64,000 bases of DNA from Halobacteriovoraceae bacterium (GCA_963719505.1 CAVRCF010000001.1:320001-384000), one strand, 5' to 3'. Counted from the first letter of the stretch, positions 9,974 through 20,372 are shown. Notes: generated from the sequence alone by a model not told the origin. Numbers and translations: made by a program.

Positions 9974-10858
9974 ATGAACAAGTCACATTTTTTTATAATT
10001 TTTTTATCTCTTTTGGGATTACAAGCATCGGCTTCTATTCGTGACCTTGAAACGACTAGGCTGCAATCTACTGCTGGGGCTGGCGTGGCGTCAGTTTTGG
10101 TCAATGAAGCGTCGTTTTTAAATCCAGCCTCTATCGTCTTTGTGCCGACTTCAGCTTTTTATTATCAAAGAGGAAGCTCAACTCTAAATGGAGATTCCGA
10201 CCAAAGAACTTCAGATTTTTCTGATGGCTCCAACGAGGTTTACCTGTTGTCGGACTCATCTGGTCAACTAAAGGGAACGTTCAGTTACCAAAGGCAAGCT
10301 GAAAATCAATATAGAAGACTGCGGTTTACAAGCTCTCTTGCTGCAAATTATGGTAAAAGGTCATCTTTTGGTCTTCTTTACCGTTACACGACGGACGAGG
10401 ACATTAGGGAAGATGAAGAAGAGAAGTATCATCAAGTCGTTCTAGGAATGACCCATATATTTTCAGAGCAGTTTTCTTTTGGTGCCACGCTAGTTGATCC
10501 TTTTCTCGCCAATAAAGAAGATGCAAGGTTTACTGCAGGTATTCAGTATACACTAATTAGTAATTTAATTCTTATCTTGGACTACGGAGTTAACTTCAAC
10601 GATGATCCCAATAAAAATTCAGTGACTAAAGGTGCTCTTCAGATCAACTTCTTTAGAGACTTTTTTCTTCGCGGTGGGAGATTCCATGACAATATAACAG
10701 GTTTATCTGGGAATGCATGGGGACTATCTTGGATTGGTCCAAGGCTCGCTTTGGAATATGCTGTTAAGTCATCGGAAGTGACTCAAGAGAAGTCCGACTA
10801 TTTCTACGAAGAAGAAAAGTTAATCGAAAGTTCACTCTCACTCGCTCTTATTTTTTAA
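9974..10858 (+). CDS. Putative outer-membrane beta-barrel protein
   Basis: Signal peptide, N-terminal GAGVA...NPA motif typical of FadL/PorV-like barrels, amphipathic strands, terminal Phe. Confidence 0.6.
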   Translation: MNKSHFFIIFLSLLGLQASASIRDLETTRLQSTAGAGVASVLVNEASFLNPASIVFVPTSAFYYQRGSSTLNGDSDQRTSDFSDGSNEVYLLSDSSGQLKGTFSYQRQAENQYRRLRFTSSLAANYGKRSSFGLLYRYTTDEDIREDEEEKYHQVVLGMTHIFSEQFSFGATLVDPFLANKEDARFTAGIQYTLISNLILILDYGVNFNDDPNKNSVTKGALQINFFRDFFLRGGRFHDNITGLSGNAWGLSWIGPRLALEYAVKSSEVTQEKSDYFYEEEKLIESSLSLALIF

Positions 10859-10861
10859 ATC

Positions 10862-11629
10862 ATGACGACAAAAGAAGAAGATAAAAAAGAACAACAGCGC
10901 CGAGTTCTCCTCCAGAGAAAATTTGGTCAACGAATAACAATTGCCAGGCAAGGACGCGAAGCCTTTTTGGCGAAAGAATATGTTATTTGCATGCATAAAT
11001 ATCTTGAATATTTAACAATCGTCTCTGACTCCAGAGATGTTGAAGATATCTATGCACTTTCGCCTTCTGATTTCGATGATAAAACTCAGCTCTCTGAACT
11101 TCTGCTTATCAGCCATATCTATTGGGAGATGGCGAGAATCAATGAAATGACACCCAAGCTTCAAGCAAACTTTCAAAAGTGCTTATCCCAGTTTGTTAAA
11201 TTTACTATAAATCAACCCTACCAAGTTCTTAATGCTGAGATGCTTAGAAAATATAATAAAATGAACGCCAAGCGCTCAAGGTTTGCTACAAAGTACTCGG
11301 AGGCCTATTCTGAAATTTTTGTGCAGTCTAAAAAGTGTTTTATCGCTACTGAATGTTTTGGCTACGACCACCCTCACACAAATAATCTCAGGGTTTTTAA
11401 AAACGAACTTCTCCAGTGGCCTTTTGGCGAAGTCTTAGTTGCCACCTATTATAAATCATCCCCTTTAATGATAAAGAAACTTCACCAGATCGCACTTTTA
11501 GAGACCTTAAAAAAATATCTGGTTGTGCCGTTTTTAACCTTCTTTTCATTATTTACAGAAACGAGTATATTTAAAAGATGTTCCTATTATCTAAAATTAT
11601 TGCAAAAGAATGGTTCAAATCGCTCTTAG
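10862..11629 (+). CDS. Helical protein with C-terminal CFI-box-CTERM-like domain
   Basis: CFIATECFG...LRVFK...L...FGEVLVATYYKSSP near the C-terminus, followed by a hydrophobic stretch. Confidence 0.7.
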   Translation: MTTKEEDKKEQQRRVLLQRKFGQRITIARQGREAFLAKEYVICMHKYLEYLTIVSDSRDVEDIYALSPSDFDDKTQLSELLLISHIYWEMARINEMTPKLQANFQKCLSQFVKFTINQPYQVLNAEMLRKYNKMNAKRSRFATKYSEAYSEIFVQSKKCFIATECFGYDHPHTNNLRVFKNELLQWPFGEVLVATYYKSSPLMIKKLHQIALLETLKKYLVVPFLTFFSLFTETSIFKRCSYYLKLLQKNGSNRS

Positions 11630-12669
11630 GAGCAGTCATCGTTCTTTTCATTCTCATCACTGTAGGAGACATCGTTAATGGTTTTCTAAGAAGCTATACA
11701 GCGAGACGGGTCTTGATTGAGTATATTCTCAAGATGCCAGAGTTGATGGGAAAGATGCTTCCCATTAGTGCCTTACTCGCGACTCTTTTTTCCATCAATA
11801 AGCTCAAAGGTCACAGCGAACTCATCGCCATTCTTGCTGGGGGTTACTCAGCCTTTAGAATATATATATTGGTGCTTCTTTGTTCGTTAACAGTCGCTGC
11901 TGCTCAGTTTGTAAACCTAGGCTTTTTAATGCCTCAAGCCAACAAGACTAAAAGGCTTGAGTTTGAAAAATCTAGAAAAAATGAAAGTAAATACCTTGCT
12001 CGATCACAGATCGGAGGAACGGGACTTCTTTGGTATAAGTCGGACAACTACTTTACCTCTTTCAAAGCTTATGACCGTGAGAACAGAATTCTCAAAGGGG
12101 TTACCTTTTACTTCTATTCGCAAGAGGGAAAAACGACGAGTGTTTATAAGGCTGAATACGCCAAATTTATAAAAGACTACAAGTGGGAATTTAACAATCT
12201 CAAGGTAATGCAATTTCTGGATAATAACGATTTCCCAAAGGTGAGCCCTCTTGGGAAGCTGATGGTCACTCTCAAAGAAGACCCTAGTGATTTTGGACAA
12301 TTTGAATCAGATATTACAACTTTGGGTTTCTTTAATCTTTATCAGTTCATCTCCAGACTCAAAAACACAGGAATTAATTCTTCTGAGTATGAAATAATGC
12401 TTTACGAGAAAGTCTCTCTATCTGTTATTTGCGTTATTTTTTCTCTTTTTCCACTCGCTGGTATTTTTACCCCCAATAGAAGAGGTGGATCCTTTGGAAA
12501 GAGTGTTGTTTTGACTCTGATCTTTACCATCGGCTTTTGGCTCGTCTACTCCTCAGTTATCGCAATGGGTAATAATGGTAGTTTAAACCCAATTGTAGCA
12601 ACCATGGGTATTCCAGCCTTGTTCGTCCTCTACATCTTAGGCGTAATTCGTAAAAATCGCTCCCTCTAA
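11578..12669 (+). CDS. LPS export ABC transporter permease, LptF/LptG family
   Basis: 3 TM + periplasmic beta domain + 3 TM; SELIAILAGGYS motif. Confidence 0.85.
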   Translation: MFLLSKIIAKEWFKSLLGAVIVLFILITVGDIVNGFLRSYTARRVLIEYILKMPELMGKMLPISALLATLFSINKLKGHSELIAILAGGYSAFRIYILVLLCSLTVAAAQFVNLGFLMPQANKTKRLEFEKSRKNESKYLARSQIGGTGLLWYKSDNYFTSFKAYDRENRILKGVTFYFYSQEGKTTSVYKAEYAKFIKDYKWEFNNLKVMQFLDNNDFPKVSPLGKLMVTLKEDPSDFGQFESDITTLGFFNLYQFISRLKNTGINSSEYEIMLYEKVSLSVICVIFSLFPLAGIFTPNRRGGSFGKSVVLTLIFTIGFWLVYSSVIAMGNNGSLNPIVATMGIPALFVLYILGVIRKNRSL

Positions 12670-12707
12670 GCTATTCGCAAATGCTTATAAATATGCTATA
12701 AATTCTT

Positions 12708-13283
12708 ATGGAAAAGATACTTGAAAATTACGAATTAAAAGGGAAAGAGCTTCCAATAGTGACCTACCCAGACCCTGTTCTCACTCAAATTGCACAGCCT
12801 GTGACAGAGTTTAATAAAGAGCTTCAAACTCTTTGTATAGATATGCTTTATACGATGTACCACGCACCAGGTATTGGCTTGGCAGCGCCTCAAATCGGTT
12901 TAAGCAAAAGACTATTTGTCATCGACGTGGACTTTTCTAGAGAAGAAACTTCAGAGGGTTCAGAAGAATATTTAATGAGTGATTTTAACCCCAGAATATT
13001 TATCAACCCTGTGATAAAAAAAACAGAAGGTGAAACAGTTTATCAAGAGGGCTGTCTCTCTTTGCCTGGTATTTATGAAGATGTTAAAAGGTTTGATAAA
13101 GTCGAGATTGAATATCAAGATACCGAAGGCAATAGTCACACCCTTGAGGCGGAAGAACTTCTCTCTATATGCATTCAACATGAGAACGACCATTTAGAAG
13201 GTAAAGTATTTATAGACCGTCTCAGTAACTTGAAGAAAGCTTTTTTTAAAAAGAAACTAACAAAAGCAAAAAAACAGCAATGA
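12708..13283 (+). CDS. def: Peptide deformylase
   Basis: GIGLAAPQIG, EGCLS, QHENDHL motifs. Confidence 0.97.
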   Translation: MEKILENYELKGKELPIVTYPDPVLTQIAQPVTEFNKELQTLCIDMLYTMYHAPGIGLAAPQIGLSKRLFVIDVDFSREETSEGSEEYLMSDFNPRIFINPVIKKTEGETVYQEGCLSLPGIYEDVKRFDKVEIEYQDTEGNSHTLEAEELLSICIQHENDHLEGKVFIDRLSNLKKAFFKKKLTKAKKQQ

Positions 13284-14224
13284 AACAGCATAAAAAGCTT
13301 AAGACTGTCTTCTTTGGAACACCTGATTTTTCGGTTCCCTCACTGGAGCTTTTGGCAAACCACTCAAATATTGAGCTGGTCAGTGTAGTCTCTATGCCGG
13401 ATAGACCATCCGGTAGAGGTCAGAATGTTAAATCTCCAGAAGTCATTCAATTCGCAAAGCAAGCTAAAATAAATTTTTTTCAAACTGAAAATATCAATAA
13501 AGAAAAAGAGTTTATTGAAACTCTCAAAAATCAACAAATCGATCTTTTCATTGTTTTAGCATTTGCCCAGTTTTTAGGTGAAGAGCTTTTAGAACTACCA
13601 ACATTGGGATGCTTTAATATTCATACATCTCTTTTGCCTAAATACAGAGGTGCTGCACCTATTCAGTACGCATTATTAAATGGTGATACTTCTACAGGTG
13701 TGTCCATTCAAAAAATGGTAAAGAAAATGGATGCCGGTGATCTCGCCTTAAGTAGCCCCATTGAAATCTCACCCACAGAAAGTGGAGGTCAGCTCTACAC
13801 TAGACTAAAGTTTCAAGCTGCTCTATCGCTAAATGATTTTATTCTTAATACTGTTGAAGAAAAGATAGAGTTTGTCCCTCAAGATGAAAGTAAGGTGACT
13901 TTTGCACCAACATTAAAAAAAGAAGATGGCTTTTTGAGTTTCAAAGATGAAACGTATGAAAATATTTTTAATAAGTTGAGAGCTTTTGATCCTTGGCCTG
14001 GGATTTATTTCTTTCTCGATAAAAAAAGAGTAAAGGTTTTTGAAATAGAAAAGTCCCTTGAGAACTTACAACCTGGACAGATGAAACTGACAAGTACATC
14101 TATTTTAATTGGCTGCCAAGACTCTACACTTTCACTTTTAACGATACAGATTGAAGGCAAGAAAAAGTCAAAAGCCAGTGCAATTGTTAATGGCCTTGAC
14201 AAGAACACAAGAGTTAACCCATAG
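13280..14224 (+). CDS. fmt: Methionyl-tRNA formyltransferase
   Basis: FFGTPDF, PDRPSGRG, NIHTSLLPKYRGAAPIQ motifs; follows def. Confidence 0.97.
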   Translation: MKQHKKLKTVFFGTPDFSVPSLELLANHSNIELVSVVSMPDRPSGRGQNVKSPEVIQFAKQAKINFFQTENINKEKEFIETLKNQQIDLFIVLAFAQFLGEELLELPTLGCFNIHTSLLPKYRGAAPIQYALLNGDTSTGVSIQKMVKKMDAGDLALSSPIEISPTESGGQLYTRLKFQAALSLNDFILNTVEEKIEFVPQDESKVTFAPTLKKEDGFLSFKDETYENIFNKLRAFDPWPGIYFFLDKKRVKVFEIEKSLENLQPGQMKLTSTSILIGCQDSTLSLLTIQIEGKKKSKASAIVNGLDKNTRVNP

Positions 14225-14231
14225 GAATCAA

Positions 14232-14876
14232 ATGACAATAATCGCACCAAGTATACTTGCTAGTAATTTTTTAAAACTACAACAAGAAATAGAATCATTT
14301 AATGAGTTAAGTGATATCTGGTTTCACTTGGATGTAATGGATGGTCACTATGTCCCCAATCTCACTTTTGGAGCTTGTGTCTTAAAAGATATATCCTCTG
14401 TTACCAAACACCCCTTAGATGTACACCTTATGGTGACAAATCCGCTGGACTATATTGAGCCATTTAAAAAGCTAAACCTTACGAACTTTACTTTTCATTG
14501 GGAGGCGGTGACTCATCATGACAGTGCTGTCAATCAGTTAAAAGATCACTTTAGTTCTGTGGGCATCTCTTTAAACCCAGCAACTCCAGTCCACTTAGTG
14601 CCGGATTATATTTATAAAAAGATAGACCTTGTTTTGATCATGTCTGTAAATCCAGGCTTTGGGGGACAATCTTTTATTGAAAGCACGACTGAAAAGCTTC
14701 GTGAACTTAAAAAAATGAGAGATAAACTAGGGGCAAGTTTTAAAATCCAAGTGGACGGTGGAGTCACTGATAAAAATGCAAAGAACTTAGTAGAAGCAGG
14801 TGCAGATATACTTGTGGCAGGCTCATTCATCTTCGGCTCCCAGTCGTATAAAGATGCAGTAAATAAATTAAGATAG
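14232..14876 (+). CDS. rpe: Ribulose-phosphate 3-epimerase
   Basis: IAPSIL, HLDVMDGHYVPNLTFG, MSVNPGFGGQ, VDGG motifs; start set to ATG 14232. Confidence 0.96.
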   Translation: MTIIAPSILASNFLKLQQEIESFNELSDIWFHLDVMDGHYVPNLTFGACVLKDISSVTKHPLDVHLMVTNPLDYIEPFKKLNLTNFTFHWEAVTHHDSAVNQLKDHFSSVGISLNPATPVHLVPDYIYKKIDLVLIMSVNPGFGGQSFIESTTEKLRELKKMRDKLGASFKIQVDGGVTDKNAKNLVEAGADILVAGSFIFGSQSYKDAVNKLR

Positions 14877-14884
14877 GAAATGAT

Positions 14885-16447
14885 ATGAATGTAGATTTTA
14901 GTAAAGCAAAAACATATATACTCGATGGTAAAAGTCTAACCATTGATCAAATTTATGAAATTAGTAATGCAAAGGTTGGTGATGTCCACGTAAAATTAAG
15001 TGACGACGCTTTGGCCCTTATGCAAAAGTCACGGGACTATGTCGATCAAATTGTTGAAGAAGGAAAAGCTGTCTACGGAATTAATACCGGTTTTGGTGCA
15101 CTATCATCTAAACACATACCAAAAGCTGACCTTTCAACCTTACAATATAATTTGATACGTTCTCACTGCACAGGTGTAGGTAATCCCTTTCCGAAGCTTA
15201 CAACGAGAGCGATTATGATTCTTAGAGCGAATTGTCTTGCCTCTGGTTTTTCAGGAGTAAGTCTTGAATGTGTGCAACTCATTCTAGACTTTCTTAATTA
15301 TGGTATAACTCCTGTTGTACCAGAAAAAGGATCTGTCGGAGCATCAGGTGACCTTGCCCCTCTTTCACACATAGCCCTAGCGCTAATTGGTGAAGGAGAT
15401 GTCGACTTTCAAGACAAAACGATCAAGTCTGACTTTGCTATCGATTATATTAAAAAAGTTCCTGCGAAGCTTCGAGCTAAGGACGGACTTGCCCTAATTA
15501 ATGGAACTGCCGTTATGGCCGCCCTAGGTGCACTAGCTCTCTATGAGGCTAAGCGCATGATTAAAATCGCTGATATTGCGACTGCTCTTACCCTTGAAGC
15601 TGTTAGAGGAACCAAGCAGGCTTACGACGAAGACATCTCCGCTTTAAAGCCACAGCCTGGCCAAGTGCTAGTCTCAAAGAATTTAACAAGACTTTTAAAA
15701 GAAGAATCCGAAGTTTCAAAATCACATATTGATTGCGGCAAAGTCCAAGATCCATACTCACTAAGATGTGTTCCACAAGTTCACGGCGCTATTAGACAAA
15801 CGATCAGCCACGCAGAAGATGTTTTAACTGTTGAACTAAACTCTGTGACGGATAATCCTTTAATTTTTGTCGATAAGAAAAAAGTTGTCTCCGGAGGAAA
15901 CTTTCACGGTGAAGCCCTAGCTCTTTGTATGGATTATTTAGCAATGGGCATGGCCGAAGTTGCAAGTATTTCAGAAAGAAGAGTCGAGAAGATGATGAAC
16001 CCAACCTTTTCAGATCTCCCAGCCTTTTTGGTAAAGGAATCAGGTTTAAATTCAGGGCTTATGATCGCTCATGTTACGATGGCTGCACTAGCTTCAGAAA
16101 ACAAATATCTCTGTCACCCTGCAAGTGTCGATTCAATTCCTACATCAACGGACAAAGAAGACCACGTATCCATGGGTGTAACGTCGGGACGAAAACTTCA
16201 CGAAGTTATCAGAAATGTAAAAATCTGTCTTGCCATCGAGTTTTTATGTAACACTCAAGGTTTAGACCTCCTGAGACCTCTACGATCTAATAAAGCTCTT
16301 GAGGAAGTTTATAAACTCATAAGAAAACATGTTAAGCCCATTGAAAAAGATAGAGTTTTTCATATTGATATTAAAAATATAACGGCTCTTGTTTCAAATT
16401 TTGAAATTTTATCTGTGGTTGAAAACGTTGTAGGCGAACTCGATTAA
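14885..16447 (+). CDS. hutH: Histidine ammonia-lyase
   Basis: VYGINTGFG, GSVGASGDLAPL (MIO-forming ASG), QDPYSLRC, GGNFHG, EDHVSMG motifs. Confidence 0.95.
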   Translation: MNVDFSKAKTYILDGKSLTIDQIYEISNAKVGDVHVKLSDDALALMQKSRDYVDQIVEEGKAVYGINTGFGALSSKHIPKADLSTLQYNLIRSHCTGVGNPFPKLTTRAIMILRANCLASGFSGVSLECVQLILDFLNYGITPVVPEKGSVGASGDLAPLSHIALALIGEGDVDFQDKTIKSDFAIDYIKKVPAKLRAKDGLALINGTAVMAALGALALYEAKRMIKIADIATALTLEAVRGTKQAYDEDISALKPQPGQVLVSKNLTRLLKEESEVSKSHIDCGKVQDPYSLRCVPQVHGAIRQTISHAEDVLTVELNSVTDNPLIFVDKKKVVSGGNFHGEALALCMDYLAMGMAEVASISERRVEKMMNPTFSDLPAFLVKESGLNSGLMIAHVTMAALASENKYLCHPASVDSIPTSTDKEDHVSMGVTSGRKLHEVIRNVKICLAIEFLCNTQGLDLLRPLRSNKALEEVYKLIRKHVKPIEKDRVFHIDIKNITALVSNFEILSVVENVVGELD

Positions 16448-17673
16448 TGCAAAACAATGAGACGATAAACCATCTGTTTTTGCCTGAGCACGGAAAAGAG
16501 CTAATCTCTGGGATTCCCTGGGCTTTTCCAAAACCAGAAGAGCAATTAGCTAAGTGGTCTTTTCTAACTCAAAACTATTTTTCGTTCGAACAAAATAATA
16601 TAAAGGCATTACAAGCGAGTCTTAATAATAATGAATTTCAATCTCCGACAAAAGAGAAGATTCAAAAATTTATTAAGGATAAAAGCGCCCATTTAAAAAG
16701 CTTAAGTAAAGTCCTAGACCCATTTTTAAAAAAAGAACAAAAGGTAAAGATAGACTCCTTTCAAAATATCTTGGCCTACCAAGATCTAATCTTTAGAGAT
16801 TGGTCTTGGGGAAAGCACGAGAATAAAGTCTACTTAGACTACATACTAAAGAGCTTAAAAGGTGATGAAAAAAATATTTTAGTTCTTGGAGCAGGGGCTT
16901 GTGGTCTTAGTCATCAATTAGCTCAGAACTCAAAAGCTAATATCATCGCCACCGATATTAATCCCTATCTCTTTCTTTCCTCTCAAAAGCTTTTTAATGG
17001 AAAAACATTGAAGCTGGGTGAATTTAACGATTATCCATCATCAATTGAGCACTACTCCTACATGCACGAGTTCGATAAGATTGAATCATGTAGAAATCAT
17101 TTTCAAGTTTTTTGTGACTTTGGACAACTCCCCTTTAAGCCGGGCTCTTTTGATGCTGTTGTTAGTCCTTGGTTTTACGATATCGTTGATCATGAACTAC
17201 CCTCTTCTCTTGGGCTAACGAATGATCAGCTCAACGACGCCGGCATCAATATTTTTATCGGTCCAAGTAATTTTCACAAAGGTAAGATTTCAAAAAGCAA
17301 AACGACAGAGGAGATTTTAGAAAATTTTGGTGCGCACTATGAAGTTGTTTCTAGTGAAAAAAGATTTTGTCCTTATTTAGACAATCCAAAAGTCAGCCAA
17401 AAGAGGACTGAAGAAGTTCTTTTTATAACGGCTTCTAAAAAAATAAAAACTGAAACCAAACAGCCCATAGACAATCATCAGATAAAGCTCACTCCAAGTC
17501 TCATCGCTTACAGACAAAAGGTTGAGGTTTTTTCAAAAATTTTAAAGCATGTCGGTGATAATCAAAGCTATGAACAGTTAGCTCTTAAATTGGAATCTGA
17601 ATTTAACTTTTCCCACGATGAAGCCCTCTATTACGCTAAGAGCTTCATGCAAAAAATCTATCAAGAACTTTAG
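16447..17673 (+). CDS. Class I SAM-dependent methyltransferase, N2227/carnosine N-methyltransferase-like
   Basis: IFRDWS, ILVLGAGACGL, FDAVVSPWFYD, IFIGPSNFH resemble N2227 motifs; TAATG overlap with hutH. Confidence 0.65.
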   Translation: MQNNETINHLFLPEHGKELISGIPWAFPKPEEQLAKWSFLTQNYFSFEQNNIKALQASLNNNEFQSPTKEKIQKFIKDKSAHLKSLSKVLDPFLKKEQKVKIDSFQNILAYQDLIFRDWSWGKHENKVYLDYILKSLKGDEKNILVLGAGACGLSHQLAQNSKANIIATDINPYLFLSSQKLFNGKTLKLGEFNDYPSSIEHYSYMHEFDKIESCRNHFQVFCDFGQLPFKPGSFDAVVSPWFYDIVDHELPSSLGLTNDQLNDAGINIFIGPSNFHKGKISKSKTTEEILENFGAHYEVVSSEKRFCPYLDNPKVSQKRTEEVLFITASKKIKTETKQPIDNHQIKLTPSLIAYRQKVEVFSKILKHVGDNQSYEQLALKLESEFNFSHDEALYYAKSFMQKIYQEL

Positions 17674-18866
17674 TTCCCAACTTCTATAATCTCAAATTGA
17701 AACGAGAACTTGTCTAAGTTTACGCCCTGATCTTTTAAGGCCAAAAGGTAGTAGCTCGAAAGACTTCTCATTTGTGGTGTCGTTGTTGTATCGACAACCG
17801 TATACACGGAGTGCTGTGGATTGTAGTATCCATTTATTAGAGTCTTCATCCCTTTAACTCGAACACTTACTGAAGATGAGATAATTTCAGGATCCCAAAT
17901 TTGATAACTAAACTCATCAAATTCCTTAATTTTCAATCTTAAAGTCACTTCCTCATTTACATCGAGAAGGCCTGATAAATCATATTCTAAATAACCTGTC
18001 TCAGCTTGATTATTAACTGGGTTATTTGCGATGACCTGAGCCACGCTTAAAGAAAGAGTTGTGGTTTTTCCATCGTTACTTGTTTCAACAACGGTGTCTT
18101 CCTGAAGTGCTTTCCAGCTTTCAATTGCGGCTTTCATCTCCATCGCATCATCGTTACAGTTACTCCAACAGTAATGTCCATCATTTTGTAGTCTTTGAAC
18201 GAGGCGTGAGTTGAAAATATTGTTAAAATCGACAGCACCATTTCCTACCACACCGCTATGAGCAGTCATTGGATTGGGGTCCGCATGGAAAGGTCTCCTA
18301 TCTATATGACAGGTTGTACATCTTACTTTCGTAATCTGATGAACTGTTTGGGTAAAGGCTTCTACAGAACTAATACCTTCAGTAACAACAGTTGTTCCAC
18401 CACCTTGATCTCCACCAGTATTATCCTCTTCTTCAACTTCAGCTTGAGCGTTGACAACGACTGCCCACTCCTCAATAGCCTCTTGTATCTCCAAGGCGTT
18501 TTCACTACAGTCTGACCAACAGTTGTGGGCTTCATCTCTGAGCTTTGCTACTAGTCTTGAATTAGGAATATTTGAAAAGTTTACTTTAAATTGATTAACA
18601 ACAATATCGTGTGCTTCTTTTACATCATCAGATGCGTGAACCGGATTTTGGCTACTGTGACATCCAATACAATTCTTTCTTGTCACTCTATAGACTGATT
18701 TCTCAAAAGAATCTAATGACGCATTAGTTGAAAGAACGCCGGCATCGCCGCCACCGTTAAACTTTAATTCTGTTGGCCTAGGAGTGTAGGGATTTCCGCA
18801 CTGGTTATATGCGAACATCACCAAACCTAGCATCAAGATAATTTTTACTTGGATTATTCTTTTCAT
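17670..18866 (-). CDS. Di-heme c-type cytochrome lipoprotein with tandem duplicated domain
   Basis: Lipoprotein-like signal ending YNQC; CIGCH and CTTCH, each followed by an HxCWSxC motif. Confidence 0.7.
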   Translation of the reverse strand: MKRIIQVKIILMLGLVMFAYNQCGNPYTPRPTELKFNGGGDAGVLSTNASLDSFEKSVYRVTRKNCIGCHSSQNPVHASDDVKEAHDIVVNQFKVNFSNIPNSRLVAKLRDEAHNCWSDCSENALEIQEAIEEWAVVVNAQAEVEEEDNTGGDQGGGTTVVTEGISSVEAFTQTVHQITKVRCTTCHIDRRPFHADPNPMTAHSGVVGNGAVDFNNIFNSRLVQRLQNDGHYCWSNCNDDAMEMKAAIESWKALQEDTVVETSNDGKTTTLSLSVAQVIANNPVNNQAETGYLEYDLSGLLDVNEEVTLRLKIKEFDEFSYQIWDPEIISSSVSVRVKGMKTLINGYYNPQHSVYTVVDTTTTPQMRSLSSYYLLALKDQGVNLDKFSFQFEIIEVGN

Positions 18867-18873
18867 TACATTC

Positions 18874-20364
18874 CTAAAAAATTAGATAGTCATTTAAATT
18901 GCTTCCAAAAGGATTATCACCAACGATCTCTTCGAGTCTTCCCTCTTCTCCATGTCTGGCGAGATAATTAGCGACCACAGCTTTGGCCAAGTTTGTAACG
19001 TTATTACTAATGACGTTGGCTGATTTTTCAACATTTGAATCTGCCTTCACATGTCCAACTTGCCTCTTTGCTGTATTAGAACCACTGGTACCGTGACGAA
19101 GAGTTGGTCGTCCTCCCTGATGCTGATAATTCAGCATAAAGGTAGCAGCTCTTTGCCCATCGTCATTGGTGAACTTATATTTTCCGCCTGCATTTTCATC
19201 GACCATTGATTTATTACTCGATATTCCACCGTCAGTGAAAACATAAACCATAACATCTTTCTGCTTTGCTGCAGCGAGGGCCAAGATTCTTCCGATAGCT
19301 TCGCCAGCTTCACGGTCTTTGTTCTCTTGCTCTACTCTGGTTCCTCTACCGTGATAGTCAAAACCACCAAGCTCGATTGTTCCCGTTCCAATGTATCCGT
19401 CTAAAACAAGCTTTGCTATTGATGCTTGTTTTCTTTGTTCGTTATTGTTTAAATTATCATAGATACCTGTTACAGCTGAGTCTTCTCTTGGGTCGATTGA
19501 AGCTGAGGTGTATCTTTGAGCATTATTATGAACTCTTTGATCAATATTATCTTTTGAAAATCCACATGCTGCGACTTCTCTTACCTGTTCAGGTAAACTT
19601 TTTTGCGAGAAAGAATTTAACTTTGACTCACTCATATATTGAATTGTTTGCAGAACTCTTTTAGCTTTTACGTCATCAAATAGATTATGCACTCTACCCA
19701 GTGAGATAAGTTGAACACAGTCATCAGGTGAATTTACTGCAACTGGTGCAATTGTTGGATCGTAACTCATTGTTGGGATGATTGATCGTCCCCCACTTCT
19801 TCCATTTCTCGTTCCAGCCGTTTGAGCGATATCTCCAAATGATCCGGCTTTGTTTAGCCAGTACATTGGGTTATGAGGGTTGTTAGCAGTGTCATCGTTT
19901 GAAACAGCACAAAAAACTGCTCCTTCACATTTTTGGCGAATAGACATACTCGTATTATTTCTTATTCCTTCAAGCATCGCTGATTGAGAGTGAAATTTTA
20001 GACCCAATTCCGTATTAATCATTCCACTATTCGAGGGGTTCATACTTGTTGGTAAACCAAGTCTTCCATAGTCGTTTATATAACTATGCTGTCCACCGGC
20101 GTCACCGACCATAACATTACTTCCAGGGATACTTCCACCGCCTGAAAGATCGATGATGATAATAGGTGTTTTTCTTTGGGATAGATCAAGTGGCTCGAAG
20201 CAATTCTCAGCGCCATAAGCTGACTTCATATTGAGTGCACCCAATAACGTAGGTGCCATAACAAAGCCCGTTCCTGAAATTAACCCTTGAGAGAGAAAGT
20301 CTCTTCTGGTCACTAATTTGTGATCTTTTGGAACAATGATTTTTTTAGTTTCGTCTTTTTTCAT
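18874..20364 (-). CDS. Tat-exported DUF1501/DUF1552-like protein
   Basis: TRRDFL twin-arginine signal; IIIIDLSGG, GGFDYH, VYVFTDGG motifs typical of this alkaline-phosphatase-like group. Confidence 0.65.
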   Translation of the reverse strand: MKKDETKKIIVPKDHKLVTRRDFLSQGLISGTGFVMAPTLLGALNMKSAYGAENCFEPLDLSQRKTPIIIIDLSGGGSIPGSNVMVGDAGGQHSYINDYGRLGLPTSMNPSNSGMINTELGLKFHSQSAMLEGIRNNTSMSIRQKCEGAVFCAVSNDDTANNPHNPMYWLNKAGSFGDIAQTAGTRNGRSGGRSIIPTMSYDPTIAPVAVNSPDDCVQLISLGRVHNLFDDVKAKRVLQTIQYMSESKLNSFSQKSLPEQVREVAACGFSKDNIDQRVHNNAQRYTSASIDPREDSAVTGIYDNLNNNEQRKQASIAKLVLDGYIGTGTIELGGFDYHGRGTRVEQENKDREAGEAIGRILALAAAKQKDVMVYVFTDGGISSNKSMVDENAGGKYKFTNDDGQRAATFMLNYQHQGGRPTLRHGTSGSNTAKRQVGHVKADSNVEKSANVISNNVTNLAKAVVANYLARHGEEGRLEEIVGDNPFGSNLNDYLIF

Positions 20365-20372
20365 TACAATCC

